The notes under the pieces: model-generated | Databases searched by the model: none | Told to the model about the DNA's origin: nothing | The model's input: the letters and a program-made list of their open reading frames with translations, nothing else | Program-made: the position numbers and the translations under genes | In this document: positions 1 to 11,097 of the stretch, piece after piece | Numbering within the stretch: position 1 is the first letter of the stretch | How the letters are laid out: each line of letters begins with the position of its first letter | Assembly: GCF_001194135.2 (NCBI RefSeq) | Contig: NC_068990.1 | Location: forward strand, 82,655,192-82,706,947 | Source of the DNA: Octopus bimaculoides | Taxonomy: Eukaryota | DNA: 51,756 nucleotides | Direction: 5' to 3'

Positions 1-145
1 GTGTGTGTGTGTGTGTGTGTGTGCATACGGGCACTTACACGCACGAAGACACACACACTCGCACATTACAAATATATATAATTGTATAGATAGATAATTG
101 TAGATAGATAGATAATTGCAGATAGATAGATAGATAGATAGATAG
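1..145. repeat. (GT)n plus compound (GATA)n microsatellites
   Basis: gtgtgt at 1-22; attgtagatagatagata-like units and (gata)n at 86-145. Confidence 0.95.
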
Positions 146-445
146 TTGAGTATGTATGGTTCAAATATATAAAGCGAATAGTAAATGATCTTAGAATTCT
201 TCCATCACACATTAGAGATAACAATATGTTTATGTTTATCATTTAATATACAATATCCACTTTGTATTACTGTAACTTTAATTGCCCTTCCAATCATTGC
301 ATATTCATAGCTGTTATTAGTTTCATATATTTAGTTTCAGTTTCTTATTGAGAACTTTATGGGGGAGTGATTTTTACGTGTAATAACATATGCACTATTA
401 TCATGTGTATGCATTATATGTATGAACGTATTGCTGGATATATAT

Positions 446-483
<38 letters not shown>

Positions 484-613
484 ACACATACACACACACA
501 CATATATATGACTGTATAAAAATATATAATATATGTTCTCCGATTTGAAGTTACAGTCTTTAGATACAAATGACCGAAAAATGATGAGCTAACACTAGGT
601 TATTTACAGATAT

Positions 614-645
<32 letters not shown>

Positions 646-648
646 TAT

Positions 649-871
649 NNNNNNNNNNNNNNNNNNNNNNNNNNNNNNNNNNNNNNNNNNNNNNNNNNNN
701 NNNNNNNNNNNNNNNNNNNNNNNNNNNNNNNNNNNNNNNNNNNNNNNNNNNNNNNNNNNNNNNNNNNNNNNNNNNNNNNNNNNNNNNNNNNNNNNNNNNN
801 NNNNNNNNNNNNNNNNNNNNNNNNNNNNNNNNNNNNNNNNNNNNNNNNNNNNNNNNNNNNNNNNNNNNNNN
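649..871. other. Assembly gap (N run); other gaps at 14126-14229, 18964-18973, 29361-29370, 31634-31818, 35835-36079
   Basis: Runs of N. The large gaps abut (TA)n, (AG)n or (GT)n tracts, as expected for short-read scaffolding breaks. Confidence 0.99.
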
Positions 872-916
<45 letters not shown>

Positions 917-1182
917 TCTTATATGTATATGCATGTATAAGACCGGAAGTGATGAAGTGAATGAAATAATAGAAGTGAAGAGAGGGAAATGGTGAATTGG
1001 AATCTAGAAACATATTGTGCAGATGAATGCCGAAAGGAAACAATTGTTTGCAGTTGTAACTACGAGTTGTATGAAGAATAATGCCATAGAGCATGTGAAG
1101 ATATCGTTGTATTTATTAATATATCATTTAGCTACAATTTGAAATCATATATAACAAGTGGAGTAAAAAAGATACACGAAGA

Positions 1183-1297
1183 GAACAGCAACTACAAGAA
1201 CAGCAACTACAAGAACAGCAACTACAAGAACAGCAACTACAAGAACAGCAACTACAAGAACAGCAACTACAAGAACAGCAACTACAAGAACAGCAGC
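1183..1297. repeat. 15-bp minisatellite (GAACAGCAACTACAA) x7 plus a partial unit
   Basis: Perfect units start at 1183, 1198, 1213, 1228, 1243, 1258 and 1273. It produces the spurious NSNYK and CSCCS ORFs in the track. Confidence 0.97.
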
Positions 1298-1380
1298 TCC
1301 TTTTTCGGTATGTGTTCATTATTTAATATTGACATTGTTTGGCAGGAAACGAAAATCATTTATACTTCTAATAATAATCC

Positions 1381-1598
1381 TTTCTGCTGTAGGCACAAGG
1401 CCTGGAATTTTTTTTTTTTGGGGGGGGGGGTAGTCGATTACATCGACCCCAGTGTTTGCTTGGTACTTAATTTACGATCCAGAAGGGATGAAATGCAAAG
1501 TCCACCTAGGCAGAATTTGAACTTAGAACGTATAGACGGGCGAAATGCCGCTAAGAAATTTTGCCCGGCGTGCTAACGATTCTGACAGCTTGCCGCCT
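1381..1598 (-). mobile_element. tRNA-derived SINE, family A (full length, diverged)
   Basis: Reverse complement reads aggcggcaagctgtcagaatcgttagcacgccggg...gttctaagttcaaattc...ggggtcgatgtaatcgact...ggccttgtgcct, homologous to more than 15 other copies in this window. Confidence 0.9.
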
Positions 1599-1602
1599 GA
1601 AT

Positions 1603-1713
1603 ACTACTACTACTAATAATACTGATGATGATGATATTGATGATGATGATGATGATGATGATTATGATGATGATGATGATAATAATAAGAAGAAGAAAAA
1701 CAACAACAACAAC
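1603..1713. repeat. Compound trinucleotide tract (TAC)(TAA)(TGA)(GAA)(CAA)
   Basis: Seen directly. Source of the poly-D/N/K and poly-H ORFs. Confidence 0.95.
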
Positions 1714-1715
1714 AC

Positions 1716-2229
1716 GACAGTAGACTGTGTGTGGACGAAAACAAGTTAGCAAATGTTAGGAGGGATATCTTCAGAAATAAAAGACTCACAGATAGTGAAA
1801 TACCTGCGATCAAGCACGCAGCCGAAACTGACCTAAAAATATAAGACAACAAGGAAATGAAGAACCAGAAGAAGAGTGCAACTATCCACGAGTCTCAATT
1901 AACAGACTGCCATCTGATCAGAAGACGCGAATTGTCTGGAGAAATTAATTGTAATGAACCTGATAAAGATAGCTCAGATACCAGGTAACCCCAAAATGGC
2001 AGAAATTCAAAAGATAGTGCTCATGGGGACTGCCCATATACTACGTAAAATACTGTCTATGTAATCTCAAATTTTAAAACAAACTTATAATTTTATGTTT
2101 TTCTTAAACATTCTCTAGAACAAACTATGCAAAAAACCAAATATATGACACCCTAGGTATAGCATCAACCTGAACCTCTAACTTGTTGCCTCTTGAGGTC
2201 TCTGGGTGAGATTTGGAGTCAACTTGTAC
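1716..2229 (+). mobile_element. R4/Dong-clade (REL-endonuclease) LINE remnant: N-terminal fragment joined to the C-terminal end and 3' UTR
   Basis: 1716 onward translates DSRLCVDENKLANVRRDIFRNKRLTDSEI (resembles the R4/Dong N-terminus). ~1972-2064 translates AQIPGNPKMAEIQKIVLMGTAHILRKILSM* (typical R4/Dong C-terminal Q-K-x-x-L-x-G-T-A-x-I-L-R end). No RT between them. Confidence 0.78.
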
Positions 2230-2500
2230 GAGGTTGAGCCATTGTGGTCAATGAAAAAGGTGAGTAAAAATCATGAGTAGTAAATGGAACAAATAAGGGC
2301 TGCAATTGTGGTGGAGCCCTTGCGGAAAACAGCATTGCTTGGAACCGCTCGTATACTCTGCATAGTCCCTGAAAAATATGGGGTGTTACCTTAGTTCACT
2401 GGTAGTGAACAGCTGGCACCGTAGTATGTTTCCAGCGTTAGAAGCTGTGCAAAGAAAATAAATAAATAAATAAATAAATAATAATAATAATGATGATGAT
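2230..2500 (+). mobile_element. Second R4/Dong-clade LINE 3' end (different subfamily) with (TAAA)n(TAA)n(TGA)n tail
   Basis: Translates VSKNHE**MEQIRAAIVVEPLRKTALLGTARILCIVPEK, then a short UTR and an A-rich simple-repeat tail. Confidence 0.78.
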
Positions 2501-2501
2501 G

Positions 2502-2582
2502 ATTTTGGCACAATTCCAGCAATTTTGGGGGAGGAATAAGTCGATTACATTGACCTTACTACTCAACCGGTACTTATTTAAT
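2502..2582 (-). mobile_element. SINE family A, 3' fragment
   Basis: ttttggcacaa...ggggaggaataagtcgattacattgacc...ggtacttattt matches the reverse complement of the family A 3' half. Confidence 0.8.
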
Positions 2583-4080
2583 CAGTAGAAGGGTTTTATT
2601 GAGTGTAGGAAGATATTGTAGTTGAAATAAAATGTAGTGGATAGAAACGCTAATAGTAGGAACGGAAATAGAATTGGAACAAGGAGAGAACGTCATAATT
2701 ATATGAAATCTTACAACTTGCACCATATTACAATCAGAACATTATTATGTACAACTAAGAAGCTACTTTACACACTTTCAGGGTAAAAAATATATAACTA
2801 AATATCACGATAAAATAATCTAAGCGGAGAAACAACATTTCAAGCAGTTCACACAGTCAAAATTTACTGTCGTCAAAGTAAATAGAGATCGAATAGCAAA
2901 CTTGTTGATTAGCAGCTAACAACGATGTATTGATAACACTGAACACACGTCAAAAACAACCAAGTTATTCGCATGTTCTGAAGAAGACACTGAATAATAA
3001 GAATAAAAGAATATGAAAATTAAATATTTTGTAGAAAAATCAAGCTGGAAAGTTTAGAAATTGCTTCGACTTAATGAATTAACATCACGATAAATTGGTA
3101 GAAGTGAGTCTATTCATTCTATTTGTAATTAATGCAAATGGATTGATACACAATTCTGTAAAGACAAGTATGCCTATAGAAATTGGTACGTGATTAAAAG
3201 TAGCACTAATCGGTTTTGTAAACGGTGTTTGATTGTCTGTTTTAGTAGTTTTTCAACTGGATATGTCTCTGTGGATGGAACTAGACAAATCAGTTGATAA
3301 TGCAATGATGAAATTTTGGTTTCGAATACACTTCTGTTAGTTCATTATCTTTCTGAGGAGGGTACTACTCTACATTGCTTGATACCAATAATAAATACCA
3401 AATTATCCAGTAATGTTAAGCTTCAATCTCGAGAATACCCATATTTCATTTCAGTTGTGTTTGATTTTGTATCCAGCTCAAAACCTGGCGTGAATGCTAA
3501 TATGGGTTGCTTGTAATGCGTGTTATTTTACATGCTGTCAATGTATGAATAGATTTTTGTTCCTGGAGAAATATCAATTGCAGTCCTCTACTCTTCTCCA
3601 AGCAGATTCAAACTCCACCAGATGAGTTTTATTGCTTGAAGTTGGATTAAGTGTTTGCGATGGTAAAATATAATGTAATGAAATCGACAATCAATAACTT
3701 AGGCTATATTGATATTGATATTCGAGAGACAGTGAAAATGCGATGTCCACTCCGTCCTTCAGTTGACAATATTTCAGGTTATGATGCAGCTAAACACTTG
3801 ATATCCAAAATGCCTTGGAATATTTGTAGTGAGAGTCTTTGACGGTTGTTCATATGATTGTACCCATTAATAAAACATTTTTTTCAGAACCCTGCTTCAT
3901 CGATACTTACCTATTTTAAGTGGCAACGGTAATAGAGAGAAAGAACGAACTTATTTGAAGGGAATCGTAAACAGCTGCTCACACTAGAAAAGAAAAAGTA
4001 GAAGATACAAGGATATGGAGAAAGTCGGTACCTTTCAGGAGCGGAATAGTCCAAGGATAAAATAATCTAATACACGTCAG

Positions 4081-4941
4081 GTGTTGTCAGCCCATATGGT
4101 ACACACATCCAACTCAGGGCGCAAGAGCAGGTCCTATGGAGTGCTAGTTCTTTTGACCGTTTATCGTGATAATGTCAAGCTAGGCCCTGGAAATGATGAG
4201 GAACCGAAATTATTTTAGCATAGCATAAAACCAGAAAATTAACTGTAACAGTGGAATGATAAAATGGTCAAGGTATACATATTTATGTTATCTCGGAGTG
4301 AAGATATTTTAAAGACAGAAACGTTGTACTAAACCTAAAGATAAAATTATTATACCTAATATAAATATTCAAATAGGGAAATAGTCATTTTATACATGAC
4401 ACAAATGGTTGTCAGCTCATATTCTACACGCGTCCTTCTCGAGCACAAGAGCTGATTATAAGAGTGGGCGGCGAGTTGGTAGAATCGTTAGCCCGCCGGG
4501 CGAAATGCTTAGTGGTATTTCGTCTGCCGTTAGGTTCTGAGTTCAAATTCCGCCGAGGTCGACTTTGCCTTTCATCCTTCCGGGGGTCGAAAAATTAAGT
4601 ACCAATTACGCACTGGGGTCGATGTAATCGACTTAATCCCTTTGTCTGTCCTTGTTTGTCCCTTCTATGTTTAGCCCCTTGTGGGCAATAAAGAAATAAG
4701 AGCTGATTGTCAGATATTTTGACCATATATCTGGTTAATGTCAAGCTAGGTGCAGGAGATTATGAGGAACCGAAATTATTTTCGTATAGTATAAAACAAA
4801 AATATTAACAAATAACATCAGAATGACAAAAAGGTCTAGGCGAACATTGTTACGTTATCTTGGAGTGAAGACGTTTCAAAGACAGTAACAGTTTGCTAAG
4901 CCTAAAGATAAATTGATTATAGCTAATATAAATTTACAAAT
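4081..4941. repeat. Diverged tandem duplication (~320-bp unit x2; second unit interrupted by a SINE)
   Basis: Collinear blocks gttgtcagc-catat, caagagc, ttttgacc, aatgtcaagctagg, atgaggaaccgaaattatttt, gttatct-ggagtgaaga, aaagacag, cctaaagataaa, ctaatataaat in 4081-4374 and 4407-4941. Confidence 0.88.
4458..4697 (+). mobile_element. SINE family A (variant 3' tail), young copy with 11-bp TSD
   Basis: Head gggcggcgagttggtagaatcgttagc, B-box-like gagttcaaattcc, central gtcgactttgcctttcatccttccgggggtcga. Flanked by AAGAGCTGATT at 4447-4457 and 4698-4708. Confidence 0.93.
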
Positions 4942-5379
4942 TATTAGGAATCAACGAACTAAATAGACTGCAATACGCTAAAAGCAAACGAAAATATATT
5001 ATAAAGTCTGAGATAAGTACTTAAGGAGATTAGGAAATAACCTAAAATATAATAAAGGTTTCATATCCGAGTTCTTGAAGTGATAAGCTAATATTATAAT
5101 ACACTCTGTTGGAAATTAAGTGAATTACCATGGATATATTGCAAAGCATTGAGGTAACGACATTATTTCACGTCTACAACCAAATTAAACAATTGAATAT
5201 TTATAATGCCATAAAATTAATGCTAGTGTTCTTATGCAAAAATATCATAAAATATAATGTTAATAGACGTGTTTGTACGTATGTATATATATATATATGA
5301 ACATACATACACTCGGTATGCTAAATGCCATGGGTGATGAAACAATTCTCGACCCTTGAGTTACTTTGTAACGTATGTT

Positions 5380-5417
<38 letters not shown>

Positions 5418-5419
<2 letters not shown>

Positions 5420-5595
5420 CTAACCACTACATACATTTTTCCCTCCTTGTTTCTTTCTGTGTTCCTTTCTGTAGAAGAGCGTAGGCTCGAAACGTTAAAG
5501 ACTTTTTCAATTCCCGAGCGTTATACTAATATAGCTATTTGTTTTCTACAGCACCTGTCTTCGTTTGTTTTTTTGTTTTTTTTGTGAATTCTCCC

Positions 5596-5597
<2 letters not shown>
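5418..5597 (+). mobile_element. Short non-autonomous element or solo pseudo-LTR of Penelope-like type inserted in (TA)n
   Basis: ~180 bp of non-repetitive sequence bounded by (TA)n on both sides and carrying a hammerhead-like core. Penelope-like elements are known to carry minimal hammerheads and to favour microsatellites. Confidence 0.6.
5465..5500 (+). ncRNA. Minimal type-I hammerhead ribozyme-like motif (non-canonical core)
   Basis: CTTT-CTGTAGA-A-GAGC-GTAG-GCTC-GAAAC-GTT-AAAG: stem I CTTT/AAAG, stem II GAGC/GCTC with a 4-nt loop, GAAA, palindromic AACGTT helix III, NUH=GUU. Differs from CUGANGA by A6->U. Confidence 0.62.
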
Positions 5598-5653
<56 letters not shown>

Positions 5654-7917
5654 AATAGTGACTACCAAAAATATACTTCAACAAGGGACTAGCTTCAATG
5701 TTAGTTCAATATGCAAAAGAGTTCTACCACATCTAAATGTCTACTCATGTCTAGTAAACACAATGTTAATAGATACGTTTGAGAGGCAGATATATGCATT
5801 GGGTAATATAGAGATACAAGCATGTCCGAACAGATGAAGGCATAACATTCTTACACAGAGAAATTTAACAAATTAATTGAATTCATGCAAAAGCAAAATA
5901 CAAACATATCATCTTCTACTGCTCAGCACATATCGAATATTTCCGATCAATCCATTTGGGCTTGCGGATAATTTTTATTGTTGACCTGACAATCCCTTTG
6001 AAAATGCTACCCAGGCCAAACTCATCGTAATCAATATGAATATATCTAAAATATAAAAGGATCTAAGAAAATCGTTGTTAACGGCATCGGCATAAATCAC
6101 GTTCATTCATATGAGTGAAAAAAAAACAAAAACCAAACTTAAATTTATATGCTGCTGTGAGGGTTGGCGAAGTCCACCCTCCAAGGGTAAGGAAGATAAA
6201 AGGCAGGACGTGTCTATGTTTATATTTGATACAGAAAGAACAGTTTTTTATTCGGAAAAGAGGCACCAAATGCCCTCATGCTCGAAAAAAGTTTGTTTTG
6301 TTCAAACCTTCCCGGAATCTTCCCTTCTCTGTGTCATGCAAATTTAAGTGTTTGTGATTCTGTAACCCGTATTATCATTAGAATATCGTCGTTCATATTG
6401 TACACTGCCCCTCAGAAGAATGTTGGCGTTGAAATTCCACCGACTTTTTTACACAGCTGGAAGGCATTCTACATTTGTGAGACAGTATATTTATCTTTTT
6501 TGTGACTGAGTATGTATCTACATAGATTATCACGTTTGAATACTTTATTTCTCTTTTCTTCTGTATACCTTATGTATGTTTATGAATATTTGCGTGTATA
6601 CTTATCTGAACTTTTGGTACCTCGATGCACTCGTGTTCGTGCGTATGAGTTTGTGTGAATATGAAACTGTTTTTAGACATTTATTTTCCAGTGAGTACAT
6701 TTGTGTATATTGTATGCACGCGTGTGTATCACAATGTATGTATGCGTTTATTTTTTCAAGCCTCCCTGTTTTGAAAATTTCGCAATTTGTATATTTACAT
6801 TTATAAATATAAGTGTACATATGTGCACATGCATACATATATGTATGCGCTCATGTATATGTACGTAAATATGTGTGTCAGCGTGTGTTTATGTACTTTA
6901 TAAGGTTTTAGTGCGTTTGCTTTTCTTCACATTTTTGTATGTTTGAGTATACATAATTGAGTGCATGCGTTATATCTGTGTATGCAAGTTAGTGTTTACA
7001 TGCTCCTTCTTGTATGTCGCATGTGTGATGTACGAATGTATAACTACACACTTGAATCTAAGTCGAGATGCTTGTATTCATAAATTTCACTACCCTTATC
7101 ACACAAGCATGTGTATGTACAACGTAATGTACCACTGTATATATGAGTATGTGTGTTCGATAAGCAAATTTTTATATGCCTGCATTTTTTTTGTTTTGAA
7201 ACTTTTAAACGTGTAAGTGTACGTGATTGCATTGCAAGTAAGTCGCGATATCTCCATCTACGAATGCATATTAAAACGTATATATTATGAATCTGTACCT
7301 CTGTAATCATATATGCGTATCTACGAGTGTGACAATGTGCATATTTATATGCTAGAGTATTTGTATGTATTTGAGAGTGTGACACTTGGACTGTGTATTT
7401 GAGTGTATACAGGTTTCTTCCATTAGTGGCAGCACTTTTGAAGATTCATTAAATTATAAAATTCAAGTAAAGAAATTAAATCAGAAAAAAACTCTTAAGC
7501 AAGCTTATTAGTAACAGTTTATTAACACAGTGTTCACAAATTACAAGTTTAAATAAAGCAATTATAATATACGCAGAGGTTTTAGCCGATACAGCAGTCC
7601 AGATCGCAGAGAAGAGGATCCGCGAATACATGACTGGCCTCTTTATTTGAAATGTGAGAGGCTCCGTTTGTGAAAGCCCGAAGATAGACTCCTTCAGTCT
7701 GGTAGAATTTCTATAGGCAGCTATGCTCACACACATGTCTATGTATGCATAGTACCGGCTTCAAAAATTCATCATGATTCAATCCAACATTTCTTTATAA
7801 ACATGTATTGAATATAAGCTTCGCCTACGTTTAAACTAATTAAGAAAAATAGAACCCCAAGTAATTGGTGACACTTATGTGCAATTTAAACTATTATTTA
7901 ATAATTGAGGGTGTAGC

Positions 7918-8136
7918 AAAGGGGTGATATTGCAGAATCATTAGGACATCGGACAAAACGCTTAACTGCCTTTGGTCCGTCTCTACGTTATGAGGTCGAA
8001 TTCCGGCGAAGTCGATTTTGGATTTTATCCATCGAGGTCGATAAAATAAGTAACAGTTGCACACTGGGGTCGATGTAATCAGCTTACCCATTCCTCCGAA
8101 ACTGCTGGCCTTGTGCCAAAATATGAAACCAGTATT
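7918..8136 (+). mobile_element. SINE family A (old, full length)
   Basis: ttgcagaatcattagg...gaggtcgataaaataagtaacagttgcacactggggtcgatgtaatc...ctggccttgtgccaaaatatgaaacc. Confidence 0.88.
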
Positions 8137-9515
8137 ATACAGTGTTACAGAAAAACCACGTATTTTAACAGCCGTTGATGTTGCACAAGTCATAAAGGTA
8201 CCTTTTTGTAGATAAATTTTATCGTTGTTTTTCAGTTGCTATCATACTCGAGCCTGAGGTGTTTGTTGTTGAAACTTTTATCAAATACGGTGAATCAGAG
8301 AGCTTTTGCTTTGCCTCACCCTGTATTTTAATAATATTAGTCGTATTTTATTGCTCTTAGCTGGGTTCTGGTTTAAAGTTATTTGTGTTATGTCTATACA
8401 CATACTAACAGTGCAAGACGAGTTGTTTGCTAAATGGAAAGCGTATTCACTATTGATAGGTAATTTCCATTTACCAAACATAAATATTCTGCCACCCATC
8501 CTCTAATCATCTCACGGATGCTGTCGTATGCTTATGGTACGTCTATATGTTAAACCAAATATAAACAAGATTTTATCAATGAAATGATTTATTCGCTCAA
8601 ATATTAGATATGTTAGCTTATCTATCACTGATCATAGTCAGTTAAAGTGAGATGTCACTTTGAAAAGAAGCAACGCTAATGTCAGGGCAAACAGCTGTTG
8701 GAAACCTAATTCTTGTACTGTTGTTCATCTGAAACACTTTTCTATTTCAATATTTTTGTACACAACTATATATAAGTTGACGGTTGAAATGAAATTTCCG
8801 AATATGGCAACGTGTCAATGATTGGAAATCCAGAAGGGTGCGGTCTAGGTGAGAGTTGAGAAAAATGGTTAGTAATTACTGCGGAATCTAAGAAGTACAA
8901 TACATTAAGAGTGATGTTGGATGGATAAACAGATGTCTCTCGCGGGCGTCGTTGATGGGAAAACACATATCCCATTGAAATAGAGGTAGCATTAGCATAA
9001 ACAACGTTAGTGAATCAAAGTATATAGGTGAGGGAGTTTTTGCTAAATCGGATGTGATTTTCTTTAGGAACCACTGAATTTAAAAGCAGAAATGTTTAAC
9101 TTATTCCTGCATACGTCGTATTTAAGATTTGTAGAAGAAAACAAGACAAGCGTTAAAGAAATCTTGACATAAGAGTGGAAGTTTAATCTTTGAGAAGCAG
9201 TTTTGCCTTTGTTATATTTGTTGGGTTGATTGTAAAGAGCGTCAAAGGCTGAAAAACTTCACACTTGTAGTGATCAGAGGTTGTGTCGTTATCTGATAAT
9301 TACAAAAAAAATGACCGTTCAGAGATAATATAAAGGATACTTGTATCTATGAAATGTGTTATTCAGAAGAAATATTAATTCATATTTTGCTGCTTTGAAA
9401 TATAAGGGATATAACTCTTCGAGATTTATGTTGTAGGAATGTTATCCTTTCACCTTCGTACACGTAAATATACACACATGACGGAAAATATACACATAAG
9501 CAATATGAAGGTTAA

Positions 9516-9562
<47 letters not shown>

Positions 9563-10859
9563 CATACGTACATACGCATACGCAAACACAGTTTTGTGTT
9601 ATGTATGCATGTATGTGTGTATACAGCAAGGAGTATATGTGAATGTATATGAATGTAAATATATACAAATAACATGTGTACAACATGCGTGCTGTGTAAT
9701 ATAAGCTAGGCAACATGTGTGATCTTTGTTTATGAAGAAACCTTCTAACAACAGTATAAGGTAGCAACGATCTTTTCTTTCCAGAGAATGAAAAATAATT
9801 GAAACAGAACAGAAAATTGTAAAATAACAAATGTATAAGTTAAAAATCATAAACACACACGCACAATTATACACACATACGGAACTGTACATACAAAATA
9901 ACAAAATAATAATCCATTCGTCTTTATTTTTGCTTTGACTAAACAAACTCTGTAAATTTGGGCGTATGCCGTTCCCTTCGGGTGGAGCTCGTAGTTACAC
10001 ATTTTGAATCAGTCGCTTATAAAAATAATGGAAGTGAATAAAAAAGAAGCACATACAAATTAGAGAGAATCAATATTAGAGTTTCTTCTTTGTAGAGACT
10101 TCGCACTTTTTTTTAAAGTTCGTTCTGTGTGTGTGAGGTGTACGAATGCCGTTGGAGAAGCTAATACCCACTTCCTACACTCTGCAAAACAAATACACTT
10201 TATGAAAGATAAATATAGAGATATGGTTGTAAATATACAAATGTATAATCCTATGTATACGTGTATATATGTAATTGTTTAATGTATTATCATTACGATA
10301 CTATGTCTTGTTTAGTTTAGTTCAGGTTAGTTTATTTTAGCATTTTCTGCACTTGTGCTTATTCAATGCCGTAGGGTCCTTTGGATTATATTGATGCCAC
10401 AGAGAAGTCGAATCTAAAATGATGCACCAGTTCGTCTAACGCTGGAGAATTTATCACCGCCGCTAGTTGTGTCCCAGAGGTTCCTACAATCGAGGGCCGA
10501 TCACAAGAAGAGGAATTTTACTCCAGAATGTAAACAGGTGAAACGGATACGGAAAAACATCACATCTAACGCAATATTCCGTCAGATATGTATTTTCTTC
10601 CCCTAAAGATAAAGTTGATATCAGCGTGTATTTGAAGTCAGAGCCCTCAATATTTTTGCATGTTATAGTTTTCGAAATCTAAGTTATATTTTCCGTTTAC
10701 ATGAGTAGATATTAGATACGCCTTTAAATATTTCATTACTGCTGTTTCTTATTTTTAGATTGTTCAAGAAATTCTTAGAAGTTTTAACCAGTTGAGATTG
10801 CAAAGGATTTGAGCGCAAAGAAATTTTTAGCATAACTCGTGAAGGTGATTTTTAGGCTT

Positions 10860-10990
10860 TTGTGCTCTTGAGCAGCATTAGGTTGTAGTTTCAATTCGTC
10901 ATCGGAGTGGTGCGTTGTGACCTTGAGCAAGTCACATTATTTCATGTTCTTCGGGTCTATTCAACTGAAAATGAGTATCAGCCACTTACT
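10860..10990 (+). mobile_element. Degenerate SINE family C (CORE-like)
   Basis: ttgtgaccttgagcaagtcacattatttca...ttcaactgaaaatgagta is similar to the 42450-42789 copy and to the MIR/CORE motif TGTGACCTTGGGCAAGTCAC. Confidence 0.65.
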
Positions 10991-10992
10991 GC

Positions 10993-11097
<105 letters not shown>

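Noticed and set aside
560-1094. ORF-track ORFs with long X runs or YI/CV/HT/SL dipeptide repeats (also at 14.0, 27.6, 31.6, 35.7, 47.0 and 48.3 kb)
   Set aside because: Read-through of dinucleotide microsatellites and N gaps; no coding signal.
1128-1319. Cys-rich metallothionein- or keratin-like ORF (CSCCS repeats)
   Set aside because: It is only the reverse complement of the 15-bp minisatellite.
3651-3842. Peptide PLRPSVDNISGYDAAKHL resembling the Penelope RT motif PLRPIVS...Y..AK.L
   Set aside because: The flanking motifs (YGLPKIHK upstream, FDV.SLFT downstream) were not recoverable in any frame. The region may be an unclassified repeat.
7560-7730. GC-richer island that looked exon-like
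   Set aside because: Frames are closed or unrecognisable, with no convincing splice-site pair.
8412-8459. 48-nt ctaacag|...|gtaatt candidate exon (VQDELFAKWKAYSLLI)
   Set aside because: Poor polypyrimidine tract and no independent support. An equally good pair at 39583-39630 (minus strand) is closed in all frames, which shows the chance rate.
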